From positions 1 through 60,540 of IMG/VR virus record IMGVR_UViG_3300035701_000034: a DNA stretch of 60,540 bases; one strand, given 5' to 3'. Shown in pieces: positions 49,489-58,712 of this stretch (the stretch's first letter is position 1; every line of letters begins with the position of its first letter). The notes beneath the pieces are model-generated. The model did no database searches, was not told the DNA's origin, and was given only the letters and a program-made list of their open reading frames with translations. The position numbers were made by a program, and so were the translations under genes. The DNA comes from a virus (Duplodnaviria; Caudoviricetes).

Positions 49489-49764
49489 TTATTTTTTTAA
49501 ACGTGATTCCGCTTCGGCATTAATTTCTTCCCTTAAAGAGGTGATTTTATTCATAATTATTACAACATCTTCAACACCCCTTAGTGGGAGTATAGTTTCA
49601 AGTATGGCAATTGTTTCTATTTCATCTTGTGGTGGGATTGCATCAATGCCATTATATTTTTCCCTTAATATCTGTGCAACCCTTATTTCAACCAATCTAT
49701 TCTTTTTTTGCTCTAGTGACATATTTACAATCTTCTTGAACATGCCCATTAATTCTCCAATCAT
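49489..49764 (-). CDS. hypothetical protein
   Basis: 91-aa ORF. Confidence 0.5.
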   Translation of the reverse strand: MIGELMGMFKKIVNMSLEQKKNRLVEIRVAQILREKYNGIDAIPPQDEIETIAILETILPLRGVEDVVIIMNKITSLREEINAEAESRLKK

Positions 49765-49802
49765 AACTATTCGTTTAAGGTATTATACGTGGAATATGGA
49801 AA

Positions 49803-49834
49803 TTTGTTTTATATTGATAAAATCCCTATTTTTG
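49803..49834 (+). promoter_or_regulatory. consensus Bacteroidota sigma-A promoter heading the accessory island
   Basis: TTTG-N20-TATTTTTG. Confidence 0.7.
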
Positions 49835-49853
49835 CCTTGAAAACATATAATGT

Positions 49854-50198
49854 ATGGTAGGATTTATATTTCTGTTTCATTTTATAGCTGATTTTGTCTT
49901 TCAATCAAGACAAATGGGTGAGAATAAAAGCAAGAGCCTCAAATGGTTACTATTGCACGTATCTACATATGCTCTAGTAATGGGCATTCTAACATTTCCA
50001 TTATTTTCTAATTGGCTGGCATTTACGGTTTGGATCGTGATTAATTTCTATCTACATTTGGCAACTGATTTTATAACCAGTAAATTGAGTACACACTTCT
50101 ACATGAAGAAAAACATGTACCAGTTCTGGAATGTGATTGGAATAGATCAAACAATACACTTTATAACCTTATATTACACATTTATATGGCTGATGTAA
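49854..50198 (+). CDS. DUF3307-like membrane protein
   Basis: HFIADFVFQS..M...KS, LLHV..Y, HLATD, DQTIH. Confidence 0.8.
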   Translation: MVGFIFLFHFIADFVFQSRQMGENKSKSLKWLLLHVSTYALVMGILTFPLFSNWLAFTVWIVINFYLHLATDFITSKLSTHFYMKKNMYQFWNVIGIDQTIHFITLYYTFIWLM

Positions 50199-50395
50199 AA
50201 ATATATAAATCACTGACACAGGGTATGTCAAATGACAAATTCAAATCGGAGTATGGTAAAGGAGTTATCGGATATGTTTCTTGGGAGAGGCTGAGACCAT
50301 ATCTCGAACATTCAATAGCAAAAAAACTAGATGAAAAAATTGTCGGTATAAAAATAGATGATGAGGGAATTCATATAAACTTGAGAAAGATATGA
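50186..50395 (+). CDS. hypothetical protein
   Basis: 69-aa ORF. Confidence 0.5.
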   Translation: MADVKIYKSLTQGMSNDKFKSEYGKGVIGYVSWERLRPYLEHSIAKKLDEKIVGIKIDDEGIHINLRKI

Positions 50396-51387
50396 AAGAC
50401 GCAACTGTAGAAAAAATAGGATCAATTGTAGTTCATCCAAATGCAGATAGATTGGAATTGGCAACAATACTTGGATACCAATGTGTCGTACAAAAGGGAT
50501 TGTACAAAGGTGGAGAGACTATTGTCTATATCCGTCCTGATTCATTATTGCCCATAGAAAAATGGACAGAGGATTACCGTAAGTATTCCCCAAAGAGAAT
50601 CAAAGCAGTAAAACTCCGTGATCAATGGAGTGAGGGTATTATTGTGCCTTTCGTAATTCTTCCAGAAGTTGTACAGGCACAGCTTATGCAGTATGGTATA
50701 GGTGATGATGTTTCTGATCTTATCGGTGTAACTCATTACGAGCCACCAGCACCTAACGATATTCAAGCAAAGGGTGGACTTCCTCTTGGAATTCCAAAAA
50801 CTGATGAAGAACGTTGGGAAAATTATAGTGAATACGAACTCCCATACGGAGAATTGGTTGATATTACTCTTAAGACTGATGGACAGAGCGCAAGCTATGC
50901 CTACGACATAGAAAGCGATAGATTCATCGTTTTGGGTCGTTCACTGGAATTGTATGAAATATTTACAAACAATTATACTGCTCATATAGAGAAATATGAT
51001 TTGAAAAATAAATTGAAAACTTTCTGTGTAGATAATAGAGTATCATTATGTATACGTGGAGAAAGTTACGGTCAAGGAATTCAAAGTTTTGAACTTAATC
51101 CACATGCTAAACTTCCCAAAGGATGGGCTATGTTCTCTGTATTCTTAATTCAGGATCATGAATATGCACATAAAGGTCATCAATTCTACTTCATCAATAT
51201 TGGGGAGGCATTAGGACTACCTATGGTTAGTTTAATTGAAAAAGACGTTATATTGACTCCAAAACTGATTCAAAAATATTCCGTAGAAATAACTGAGCTA
51301 AATGGCAAACCTTTTGAAGGCGTTGTCGTACAACACTCAAAAGGTAGCTTTAAGATCATTAATAAGCATTACGATTCAAAGAAATAG
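50392..51387 (+). CDS. RNA ligase, DRB0094/Rnl5-like (N-terminal OB domain plus nucleotidyltransferase)
   Basis: HPNADRLE.A...GYQCVV.KG; KTDEER; motif I KTDGQS; GESYG; EGVVV; FKIIN. Confidence 0.9.
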   Translation: MKDATVEKIGSIVVHPNADRLELATILGYQCVVQKGLYKGGETIVYIRPDSLLPIEKWTEDYRKYSPKRIKAVKLRDQWSEGIIVPFVILPEVVQAQLMQYGIGDDVSDLIGVTHYEPPAPNDIQAKGGLPLGIPKTDEERWENYSEYELPYGELVDITLKTDGQSASYAYDIESDRFIVLGRSLELYEIFTNNYTAHIEKYDLKNKLKTFCVDNRVSLCIRGESYGQGIQSFELNPHAKLPKGWAMFSVFLIQDHEYAHKGHQFYFINIGEALGLPMVSLIEKDVILTPKLIQKYSVEITELNGKPFEGVVVQHSKGSFKIINKHYDSKK

Positions 51388-51397
51388 TGTGAGGGGG

Positions 51398-51715
51398 ATG
51401 ATAATTGTTTATGATTACAATAATGTTAGTAATATTACTAAACAGGATTATGATTATGCTTCATTTGTCTTTTGTGTTACAGAAAATAATTTCGTTGAAA
51501 TTCGGAAGACAAGATATGGCACAATGAGAACAAGAGTGCTTCTAAATATTTGTGTTGAAAAATACGCATATTTAAGAAATATGAACGATTTAGTATTTGG
51601 TTATCCAATCGGCATGACATTAAAGGTATTTTTATTAAAAGAATTTAATGAATTGAGTTTTGTTCTTGATTTTAGAAAATATGTTGAAACAGAAAGCCTT
51701 ATTCTTAGACATTGA
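51398..51715 (+). CDS. hypothetical protein
   Basis: ATG at 51398 after GAGGGGG. Confidence 0.45.
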   Translation: MIIVYDYNNVSNITKQDYDYASFVFCVTENNFVEIRKTRYGTMRTRVLLNICVEKYAYLRNMNDLVFGYPIGMTLKVFLLKEFNELSFVLDFRKYVETESLILRH

Positions 51716-52241
51716 TGGAGTTTTGAACTCTAACAGATATTACATCTCCCTTCCAAAGGAAGATCGTGAGAAATCCTATGATGAATATGGTGATAAATTT
51801 GATCCATTGAGTAAATCATTGTTAAATAAGCTCATTTTGAGAACTGGAGCCAAAGTAGTTATCTCTTCTGTGTGGAGAGGGGCTGGATTGGATGTGATGC
51901 AAAGAATGTGGATTGATCGTGAAATGGAAGGAGAGGTAATTGGTATTACTCCTAATTTCCGTAATTATCGTTCGGGAGAGTATAGTGTGACAATACCTAG
52001 AGGACTTGAAATTGAATGGTATTATGAAAATGTATTTAAATTTCGTCATTGGACATATGATAGTGAATATGTTAGAGATGAAAAAGAAAAATGCGTATTA
52101 GACACATATGTTATTTTAGATGATGATAGTGATATGCTATATAGTCAACGAAATAACTTTGTAAAATGCAACAATTTATTTGGGTTCACACAAAAAGAAT
52201 ACGAAAAGGCATATTTGATTTTAATGCATGGTGTTTTATGA
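51681..52241 (+). CDS. HAD phosphatase, 'Swiss army knife' RNA-repair type
   Basis: FLDIDGVLN, VISSVWR, RGLEI, YVILDDD. Confidence 0.85.
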   Translation: MLKQKALFLDIDGVLNSNRYYISLPKEDREKSYDEYGDKFDPLSKSLLNKLILRTGAKVVISSVWRGAGLDVMQRMWIDREMEGEVIGITPNFRNYRSGEYSVTIPRGLEIEWYYENVFKFRHWTYDSEYVRDEKEKCVLDTYVILDDDSDMLYSQRNNFVKCNNLFGFTQKEYEKAYLILMHGVL

Positions 52242-52891
52242 AACAGTATGATACAATAGATTATTATGGTGACCATTGGGGTTTACCAGTACTGGCTTTT
52301 GATAAACTTGATGGGTCAAATATTCGTGTTGAATTTTCACATAAGAGGGGTTTTTACAAATTTGGAACTCGTAAGCAAATGATTGATCAGAATAGCGATC
52401 CTTTCGGTATTGCAGTCAATCTATTTATGGAAAAATATAATGAATCTCTTTCAGAAATTTTTCATAGGAGAGAATACCGAAATATTATGTCTTTCGTGTG
52501 TTATGCTGAATTCATTGGTACTAAGTCAGCATTTGGAATGCATGATTTTAAGAATGACATATTCGACATAATATTGTTTGATATTGATCAGTACAAGAAA
52601 GGGATGATGCCTCCAAGACAATTCTACGAAGATTTTCAACCAGTTGGTATTCCTAATGTGATTTACGAAGGTAATCTCAATAGAGAATTTGTTGAGCAAG
52701 TAAAAAATAATGAGTTCAACTTAACAGAAGGTGTGGTGGCGAAAGGCTTAATTAAGACAAAGAAGGGTGTACCACAAATATATGCCTGTAAGATAAAGAC
52801 AAACGACTGGTTTGAACGATTGAAAAATAAAAGTCCCGAAATGTTTGAAACTGAAATTAAACAAGCTAATTTAGCATTTCAATATGAATGA
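52238..52891 (+). CDS. second ATP-dependent RNA-ligase-like nucleotidyltransferase
   Basis: DKLDGSN, FGTR, AEF, LFDI, EGVVAK, KIK. Confidence 0.8.
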   Translation: MKQYDTIDYYGDHWGLPVLAFDKLDGSNIRVEFSHKRGFYKFGTRKQMIDQNSDPFGIAVNLFMEKYNESLSEIFHRREYRNIMSFVCYAEFIGTKSAFGMHDFKNDIFDIILFDIDQYKKGMMPPRQFYEDFQPVGIPNVIYEGNLNREFVEQVKNNEFNLTEGVVAKGLIKTKKGVPQIYACKIKTNDWFERLKNKSPEMFETEIKQANLAFQYE

Positions 52892-53300
52892 AAGAATTTC
52901 CCCTGATCATATCCTAACATTAAATGATGGTGAGATATTTGTATTTGGATCAAACGAAGCTGGTATACATGGTGCTGGTGCAGCGAAATTCGCTTATAAT
53001 TTTTTTGGTGCGCAATGGGGAAAGGGTGTTGGTCTGTATGGTAGATCATATGCTATTCCAACTAAGGATAACCGAATTATAACACTTCCAACTATTTTCA
53101 TTCAAATATATGTTGACGGATTTATTGAATATGCAAATCTTCACAAAGATTTGAAATTCATGGTAACGGAAATTGGGTGTGGATTAGCACACTACAAGCC
53201 TTCGGACATTGCACCTTTATTTAACAAGGCTATTGATGTGGAAAATATCTATTTACCTAAAAGATTCATTATAACAATTACAAATGGAAAAGCACAATAA
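52884..53300 (+). CDS. A1S_2505-type macrodomain-like protein
   Basis: IFVFGSN..G.HGAGAA, YAIPT, VTEIGCGLA. Confidence 0.75.
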   Translation: MNERISPDHILTLNDGEIFVFGSNEAGIHGAGAAKFAYNFFGAQWGKGVGLYGRSYAIPTKDNRIITLPTIFIQIYVDGFIEYANLHKDLKFMVTEIGCGLAHYKPSDIAPLFNKAIDVENIYLPKRFIITITNGKAQ

Positions 53301-53607
53301 ACCGACATACAAATCTTATGATTTCGAATTACTATCAAAGGAATCGGTTATGAAATTTTTAACCATTCTTGGTTATAAATTTACTGAATATAATAATGAT
53401 CGATATGATGATAGATATAGGGAATGGGACACTGAGATTTCTTTGTGTGCAGTAAAACCAAAGGAAAAATCTGATCCATATAAAAACGAAATAGATGTTG
53501 TGTTTAGAAAAGAATTTGAAAAAACTTTATTATCTTTGCTTATGAACGCAAGAGAAATCGTATATCTTGCCAATGATAATAAAAGCGAGGATGATACTAC
53601 ACTTTAA
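53284..53607 (+). CDS. hypothetical protein
   Basis: 107-aa ORF. Confidence 0.5.
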   Translation: MEKHNKPTYKSYDFELLSKESVMKFLTILGYKFTEYNNDRYDDRYREWDTEISLCAVKPKEKSDPYKNEIDVVFRKEFEKTLLSLLMNAREIVYLANDNKSEDDTTL

Positions 53608-54046
53608 ATCAGAAGAACACAAATTCTTATCTAACTTCTACTTATGTGAAGTGGAGTTTGTGGGTATTGTCTACCCTTCGGTAGAAAATGCTTATATGAG
53701 TGCAAAATCTAATGAGGATGTTGAAATTGATGGTGTAAAATACAATTGGAAGAAATTCTGTGCACTCTCAACTGTTTCACCGGGAAAAGTTAAAGCTGAA
53801 AGCAGATTTATTACATTAGTAGATAATTGGGACTATCTCAAGATGCACACAATGCATGTTTGTCTTCTCAATAAATTTTCTAAGCCAGAAATGAGGACAA
53901 GATTATTGTCTACTGGCAATCAAAATATTCAAGAAGGAAATTGGCATGGTGACAGATTTTGGGGAGTTGACTTAAGAGAGAACCCCAATGTGGGTGAGAA
54001 TCATTTAGGAAGATTATTAATGGAAATTAGAAATGGATTTGTTTAG
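53591..54046 (+). CDS. NADAR family protein (YbiA/DarG1-like)
   Basis: FLSNFY, YPSVENAY..AK, KF, LLSTG, EGN..GD.FWG, GENHLGRLLM.IR. Confidence 0.9.
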   Translation: MILHFKSEEHKFLSNFYLCEVEFVGIVYPSVENAYMSAKSNEDVEIDGVKYNWKKFCALSTVSPGKVKAESRFITLVDNWDYLKMHTMHVCLLNKFSKPEMRTRLLSTGNQNIQEGNWHGDRFWGVDLRENPNVGENHLGRLLMEIRNGFV

Positions 54047-54073
54047 TGTTCTTTATTTTTATATTTTTACCAC

Positions 54074-54532
54074 ATGAAATTGATTTTCGTTGATATTGAT
54101 GGGCCATTGGCTACTGATGGTTGTTCTGACGTAAAAATCAAGACCAAGTGGCATAACTATTTGTATAAAATGAATCCTGTGTGTGTAAGAATATTAAACG
54201 AAATTTTAGAGGAAACTGGTGCTAATATGATTCTATCATCGGATTGGAAAAATCATTTTACTCTTGAAGAAATAGGTGAAATTTTTGAATGGAATGAAAT
54301 AATAAAAAAGCCAATAGCATTTACAGTCACTGAATCGGTTTCAATGTCAGACCTCGAAAAAAATAGAATACATCAAATTACTAAAACATTGAAAGAATAC
54401 GAACCAGAAAAGTGGGTTGCTTTCGATGATTTATTTATGCAAAAAGGATTAACTAACTTCGTTCTTGTTGACCCATTAGAGGGTTTAGCAGGTGATGGTG
54501 TTAAGAATAAAATATTGTCATTTTTAAACTAA
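54074..54532 (+). CDS. second HAD phosphatase, RNA-repair type
   Basis: FVDIDGPL, ILSSDW, R..QI, WVAFDD. Confidence 0.8.
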   Translation: MKLIFVDIDGPLATDGCSDVKIKTKWHNYLYKMNPVCVRILNEILEETGANMILSSDWKNHFTLEEIGEIFEWNEIIKKPIAFTVTESVSMSDLEKNRIHQITKTLKEYEPEKWVAFDDLFMQKGLTNFVLVDPLEGLAGDGVKNKILSFLN

Positions 54533-54537
54533 AATTT

Positions 54538-55602
54538 ATGAGAATAAAACAATTAAGTAATCAGGATATAAAAAAACAAAAAACACCAAGTATAGGTGCA
54601 GGAAAGGTAAAAACATTTAAAAATGATGATGCCATCCCGCCATCAGCATTTAATGAACCAGAAGGAGATGAAAATGGGCATGGAAAGATAGAAGATATAA
54701 TTGAGACTCCTAAATTTGTTCAGTGGATTACTCATGGTAGTGGCTTATATTACCCTGAGTTTCATGTTCAAATTTGTAATAACATTCCAACAGGATTTTA
54801 CGGAATAGGATATGACAATAATCTTGGGAAGTATTTTGTTAGAAAATCTGAATACATTACAGATAATATCTTAGAGCTACCAATGCCTGAGACCAAAAAA
54901 ATAATTAAAGACATCACAACATTCTGGAAAAAAGAACCAGATTTCAGACGTTATGGACTAACATACAAAAGAGGTATATTAATGTATGGCCCTCCGGGTT
55001 GTGGTAAATCTCATATTATTCAATTAATCATAAAATATTTACTCGAAGAACAAAAGGGCGTAGTGTTTAAAATAGAATCACCGGAAGATGTTGAAAGATA
55101 TAGTAATTTTATGCATTCAACATTTAAGATTATTGAAAACACGAGGCGAATAGTAACAATTATTGAAGATATTGATGGTTTGTTTCATGCTGGAAAGGGT
55201 ACGGAAACATTATTATTGAATATTCTTGATGGGATGAATCATATGGATAATATAGTTTATGTTGCTACAACAAATTATCCAGAAGAACTTGCAGAACGAA
55301 TTATTAATCGTCCATCACGTTTCGATAGAAGATACGAAATTGGATTACCTAATGAAGAGGTTAGAAAGTATTATTTCGAACATACTCTCAAGCCCGAAGA
55401 CCTCAAATCAATTGATATTGATCGTTGGGTTAAAGAAACTGTGGATTTGTCTGTTGCTCATTTGAGAGAATTAATAGTTTCTACTATCATTCAAGGAAAT
55501 ACGTTTGAAGATACTATGGAAATTTTGAAAGATTTTGCAGATAATAGACCTAATTCAAAAAGATTTGGGGGTTCTGGAAAAGTAGGTTTTGGAGCAAGAT
55601 AG
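54538..55602 (+). CDS. AAA+ ATPase (classical clade, BCS1-like)
   Basis: YKRGILMYGPPGCGKS, IEDID, LLNILDG, TTN, RPSRFD. Confidence 0.9.
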   Translation: MRIKQLSNQDIKKQKTPSIGAGKVKTFKNDDAIPPSAFNEPEGDENGHGKIEDIIETPKFVQWITHGSGLYYPEFHVQICNNIPTGFYGIGYDNNLGKYFVRKSEYITDNILELPMPETKKIIKDITTFWKKEPDFRRYGLTYKRGILMYGPPGCGKSHIIQLIIKYLLEEQKGVVFKIESPEDVERYSNFMHSTFKIIENTRRIVTIIEDIDGLFHAGKGTETLLLNILDGMNHMDNIVYVATTNYPEELAERIINRPSRFDRRYEIGLPNEEVRKYYFEHTLKPEDLKSIDIDRWVKETVDLSVAHLRELIVSTIIQGNTFEDTMEILKDFADNRPNSKRFGGSGKVGFGAR

Positions 55603-55605
55603 TAT

Positions 55606-55935
55606 ATGATAATATTCGATGAACGTGGGATTTGCTATAAGGTCAATGATCCAAAAAGGATGCTTGAGTCTTTAGATAATGATTCTTTAATTGGTATCCT
55701 TAAGACAACATATTTTTCAAAGATCGTTAATACGAGTATTCAATCATTAGTAGATAAAGAATTACTAACAAGTAATGATCCACCTATAGATTTTGTTGAA
55801 TTGGATGAAACAATTGCTTTCTTAAAGAATGCAGTTAGTGAAAGATTAACATCAGAGACTGCTGAAAATGCTTTAAATGAAGTACATGTACGTATAGATA
55901 ATCAAATAAAGCAAGACGAAGATGAAAAAAAATAG
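55606..55935 (+). CDS. hypothetical protein
   Basis: 109-aa ORF. Confidence 0.5.
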   Translation: MIIFDERGICYKVNDPKRMLESLDNDSLIGILKTTYFSKIVNTSIQSLVDKELLTSNDPPIDFVELDETIAFLKNAVSERLTSETAENALNEVHVRIDNQIKQDEDEKK

Positions 55936-56218
55936 AGTTATTTCTTTGATGTTTATAACATTATTAACACATTCCTTATGTTGCGTATTGCCTGTTATAT
56001 GTTTCTTTATTGGTTTTATTTCTGCGGGTCAATATTTCGATTCATTTCATAAATATGAAACCGTATTGGTGGTTATTAACATAGTGGCTATTGCTTATGG
56101 ATTTTACATGTATTATCTTCATGATCTTTCTGCTTGTGATCATAAACATTGCCACACAAATAAAACACCTTTTTGGATAGTAACAATTATATCACTTCTA
56201 ATGATTATATTAAAATGA
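55922..56218 (+). CDS. MerT/MerC-like metal-binding membrane protein
   Basis: SLCCVLP in TM1, ~3 TM, CDHKHCH loop. Confidence 0.6.
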   Translation: MKKNRVISLMFITLLTHSLCCVLPVICFFIGFISAGQYFDSFHKYETVLVVINIVAIAYGFYMYYLHDLSACDHKHCHTNKTPFWIVTIISLLMIILK

Positions 56219-56224
56219 TAATTT

Positions 56225-56698
56225 ATGCAAAGAGAAATTGAACGTAAGTTTCTTGTAAAGAATGAAGATTTCCTTGGAGAGCCGGGGTTAGATAGAATAT
56301 TGGAAATAACTCAAGGATATTTATCTAAATCGGATGGAAGAATTGTTAGAGTTAGGAGAGTTCATGACATTAGTGATGATTTCAAGTATGGTCAGTTAAC
56401 AATAAAAATTAAAACCATTGATGATAAAAATGCTGGTGTTGATGAATTTGAATACGATATACCATACAATGAAGCAGCAAGACTATTGGAACACTGTTTA
56501 GATCAATCAGTTCGTAAAACAAGACATGTCATTTACTATAATTCAACTAAGTGGGAGGTAGATGTGTTTCACGATCAAAAGAATGGATTGATTCTTGCTG
56601 AGGTGGAATTACAAAACATTATTGATAAAATCGAAATACCGTCATGGGTTGGTGATGAAGTTACAGGATTGGCACAATATTTTAATGCAAAGATGTAA
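56225..56698 (+). CDS. CYTH triphosphate tunnel metalloenzyme
   Basis: EIERKFLV, QGYL, VRVR, EFEY.IP, KTR, WEVDVF, AEVEL. Confidence 0.9.
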   Translation: MQREIERKFLVKNEDFLGEPGLDRILEITQGYLSKSDGRIVRVRRVHDISDDFKYGQLTIKIKTIDDKNAGVDEFEYDIPYNEAARLLEHCLDQSVRKTRHVIYYNSTKWEVDVFHDQKNGLILAEVELQNIIDKIEIPSWVGDEVTGLAQYFNAKM

Positions 56699-56940
56699 TG
56701 CGTCAACGTATAACTAAGGGGTTATTATTTTGGAAATATGAATGGTATTCTATATGTAGTGTTCATTATAATCACAACGAACATTGTAAAATGTGTACGT
56801 CTGGTGGTTGGGTACATTGCTGGTCACATATTGTGAGTTCTTTAATATACAAATTATTTCCTAAGTTATGGATATGGTATATGAATTTACCACATAGGAA
56901 AAGAAAATTCTTTAATGATTTAAATAAAGGAATGAAATGA
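56698..56940 (+). CDS. hypothetical protein with a C..H...C..C putative Zn site
   Basis: 80-aa ORF. Confidence 0.45.
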   Translation: MRQRITKGLLFWKYEWYSICSVHYNHNEHCKMCTSGGWVHCWSHIVSSLIYKLFPKLWIWYMNLPHRKRKFFNDLNKGMK

Positions 56941-57161
56941 TTCTAGGATTTAGAGCAAATATTAATAATGACTCTCATCGAATATTCCTTATTCGATTGG
57001 TTAATTATGGTGTAAAATTTATTGGCATTCCAAGTCAAAAGGAAAGAGATCATTATAGTTTTGTTTTTGATACTGACACAGATTTTAGAATGGCACAAAC
57101 AGTAAGGAGAAGTATGGTTGCGTTGAATTACAATGACATCCCAATGCAAGGTACATTATGA
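56937..57161 (+). CDS. hypothetical protein
   Basis: 74-aa ORF, ATGA overlaps on both sides. Confidence 0.5.
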   Translation: MILGFRANINNDSHRIFLIRLVNYGVKFIGIPSQKERDHYSFVFDTDTDFRMAQTVRRSMVALNYNDIPMQGTL

Positions 57162-58072
57162 GCACGAAAATTTATAATGGATATAAATTCAAGAAAGCAC
57201 CTGATTTAAATGGTGTTCATGAATTTTGTCTAAAATTAAGAGATAAGGTAAAACCAATTGCCAAGAAATTATATGTTCAAACATTATTAACCTTAATGGT
57301 TGGAACATATGATAGAAATCAATTCGGTTTCTATGATGAATCCATGTATTTTATTGGTAACGGAGATTTATATTGGGGTGTTGAACAATACCTATTTGCT
57401 AGAATGCAAGAGTTAAAATCTTCACTACGAAGAGACCCTGCAATTGATTTTCAGTTCGAGATATGTATTCTACCCAAAGAAAAAAATGAGGTGCTTATTT
57501 TATTATATACAGAACAGGTATTATTAAAAAAGGCATTTTTCTCTATGGACGAAATAGAGGATTATCATTTTCAAGATCAATCTGATAAACCAAAAAATAT
57601 CTCAAACGAAAAATGGAAAAAAAGAGGGGAAGATTGGTATTATGTGTTGGGTGGTGATGGATGGGGAGTTCCTTCTGAATATGGTTTTACATATAAACCA
57701 TTTGTGGAAGATAGATTTGAAGTGATTGGTATGGATAAGAAAGAAAGAAAACACATAATGAAATATGTGCCATCAACTTCTCTTCGTGCAAATGCGATAG
57801 CAAGACAACAAGAAATGAATCAATGGTATGCCGATCATCCTCCAATAGAAAATGAAAAGGGTACTGATAAGTATTGGGAATATATGGCATATACTAAAAC
57901 CGATGATCATAAAAAAAGTATGACAGAACGTATTGAAATCATAACACCTCAATTGAAAGAATTCAAAGAATTTTCAGATTTTAATGTCCAATTAATCTTC
58001 TCGGAAAAGACTTTAGAAATTATCAAATCAAAAGAAGGTGGAAAACCTTCTTGGTATACTGGAAAACGTTAA
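57158..58072 (+). CDS. hypothetical phage protein
   Basis: 304 aa; MSTKIYNG, DYHFQDQSDKP..IS...W..R..DW. Confidence 0.65.
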   Translation: MSTKIYNGYKFKKAPDLNGVHEFCLKLRDKVKPIAKKLYVQTLLTLMVGTYDRNQFGFYDESMYFIGNGDLYWGVEQYLFARMQELKSSLRRDPAIDFQFEICILPKEKNEVLILLYTEQVLLKKAFFSMDEIEDYHFQDQSDKPKNISNEKWKKRGEDWYYVLGGDGWGVPSEYGFTYKPFVEDRFEVIGMDKKERKHIMKYVPSTSLRANAIARQQEMNQWYADHPPIENEKGTDKYWEYMAYTKTDDHKKSMTERIEIITPQLKEFKEFSDFNVQLIFSEKTLEIIKSKEGGKPSWYTGKR

Positions 58073-58075
58073 AAC

Positions 58076-58097
58076 AAAGCCCATACGTGGGTTTTTT
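58076..58097 (+). terminator. rho-independent terminator
   Basis: AAAGCCCA-TACG-TGGGTTTTTT. Confidence 0.7.
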
Positions 58098-58215
58098 CTT
58101 TTATAGAACAATATGGAAAAAAATACGTATATTTACAAGGAATAATAGTGTTCTAGGAAAGGAAGTTAGGTATTTATTTAAAAGATATAACCTGAATTGC
58201 CTTAATGATTACACA

Positions 58216-58530
58216 ATGATTTTAACGAAAATAAAGGAGATTTTTGATAAAGGATTAGCTCAACTAAAGGAACACCAAAATAAAATAAATTTTCTAGTTA
58301 TGATGTTTGGGCTTCTCTTTATGGTAACAACCTTATTGAAGAAAGACAAAGAAGAATTGATCGATGAAAATCGTTATTTAAGAGAAATAATAATGAGAAA
58401 CGAAATAAAAATGTTAAGTACAGATGTTTTTATGTATCGTATTAAAATAAGAAGAGACAGTGCAAAAATGCAAGAGATGTATAATATAATATTACAACAA
58501 AAAGAAGCATTAGAAGCTTTGCCAAAATAA
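58216..58530 (+). CDS. membrane-anchored coiled-coil protein
   Basis: ATG at 58216, one TM; GTATTTAT at 58170. Confidence 0.5.
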   Translation: MILTKIKEIFDKGLAQLKEHQNKINFLVMMFGLLFMVTTLLKKDKEELIDENRYLREIIMRNEIKMLSTDVFMYRIKIRRDSAKMQEMYNIILQQKEALEALPK

Positions 58531-58531
58531 A

Positions 58532-58711
58532 ATGGACACAAGAGAAAGAGAAAAGATAAGTAAAAAAATAATTCATGACATCATAGAAGATTTGGCTGAT
58601 CGTAGCGGAATTGGAAATGAATGGGAAGTAATGGATGAAGAAACACAAGAAGAATTAGTAAAAAAATGGGAGAGTATTGTAAAGAGATACATACCAATTG
58701 AAAAAAAATAA
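58532..58711 (+). CDS. 59-aa hypothetical protein absent from the ORF track
   Basis: MDTREREK...IIEDLADRSGIGNEWEVMDEETQEELVKKW...; fills the gap between its neighbours. Confidence 0.65.
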   Translation: MDTREREKISKKIIHDIIEDLADRSGIGNEWEVMDEETQEELVKKWESIVKRYIPIEKK

Positions 58712-58712
58712 T

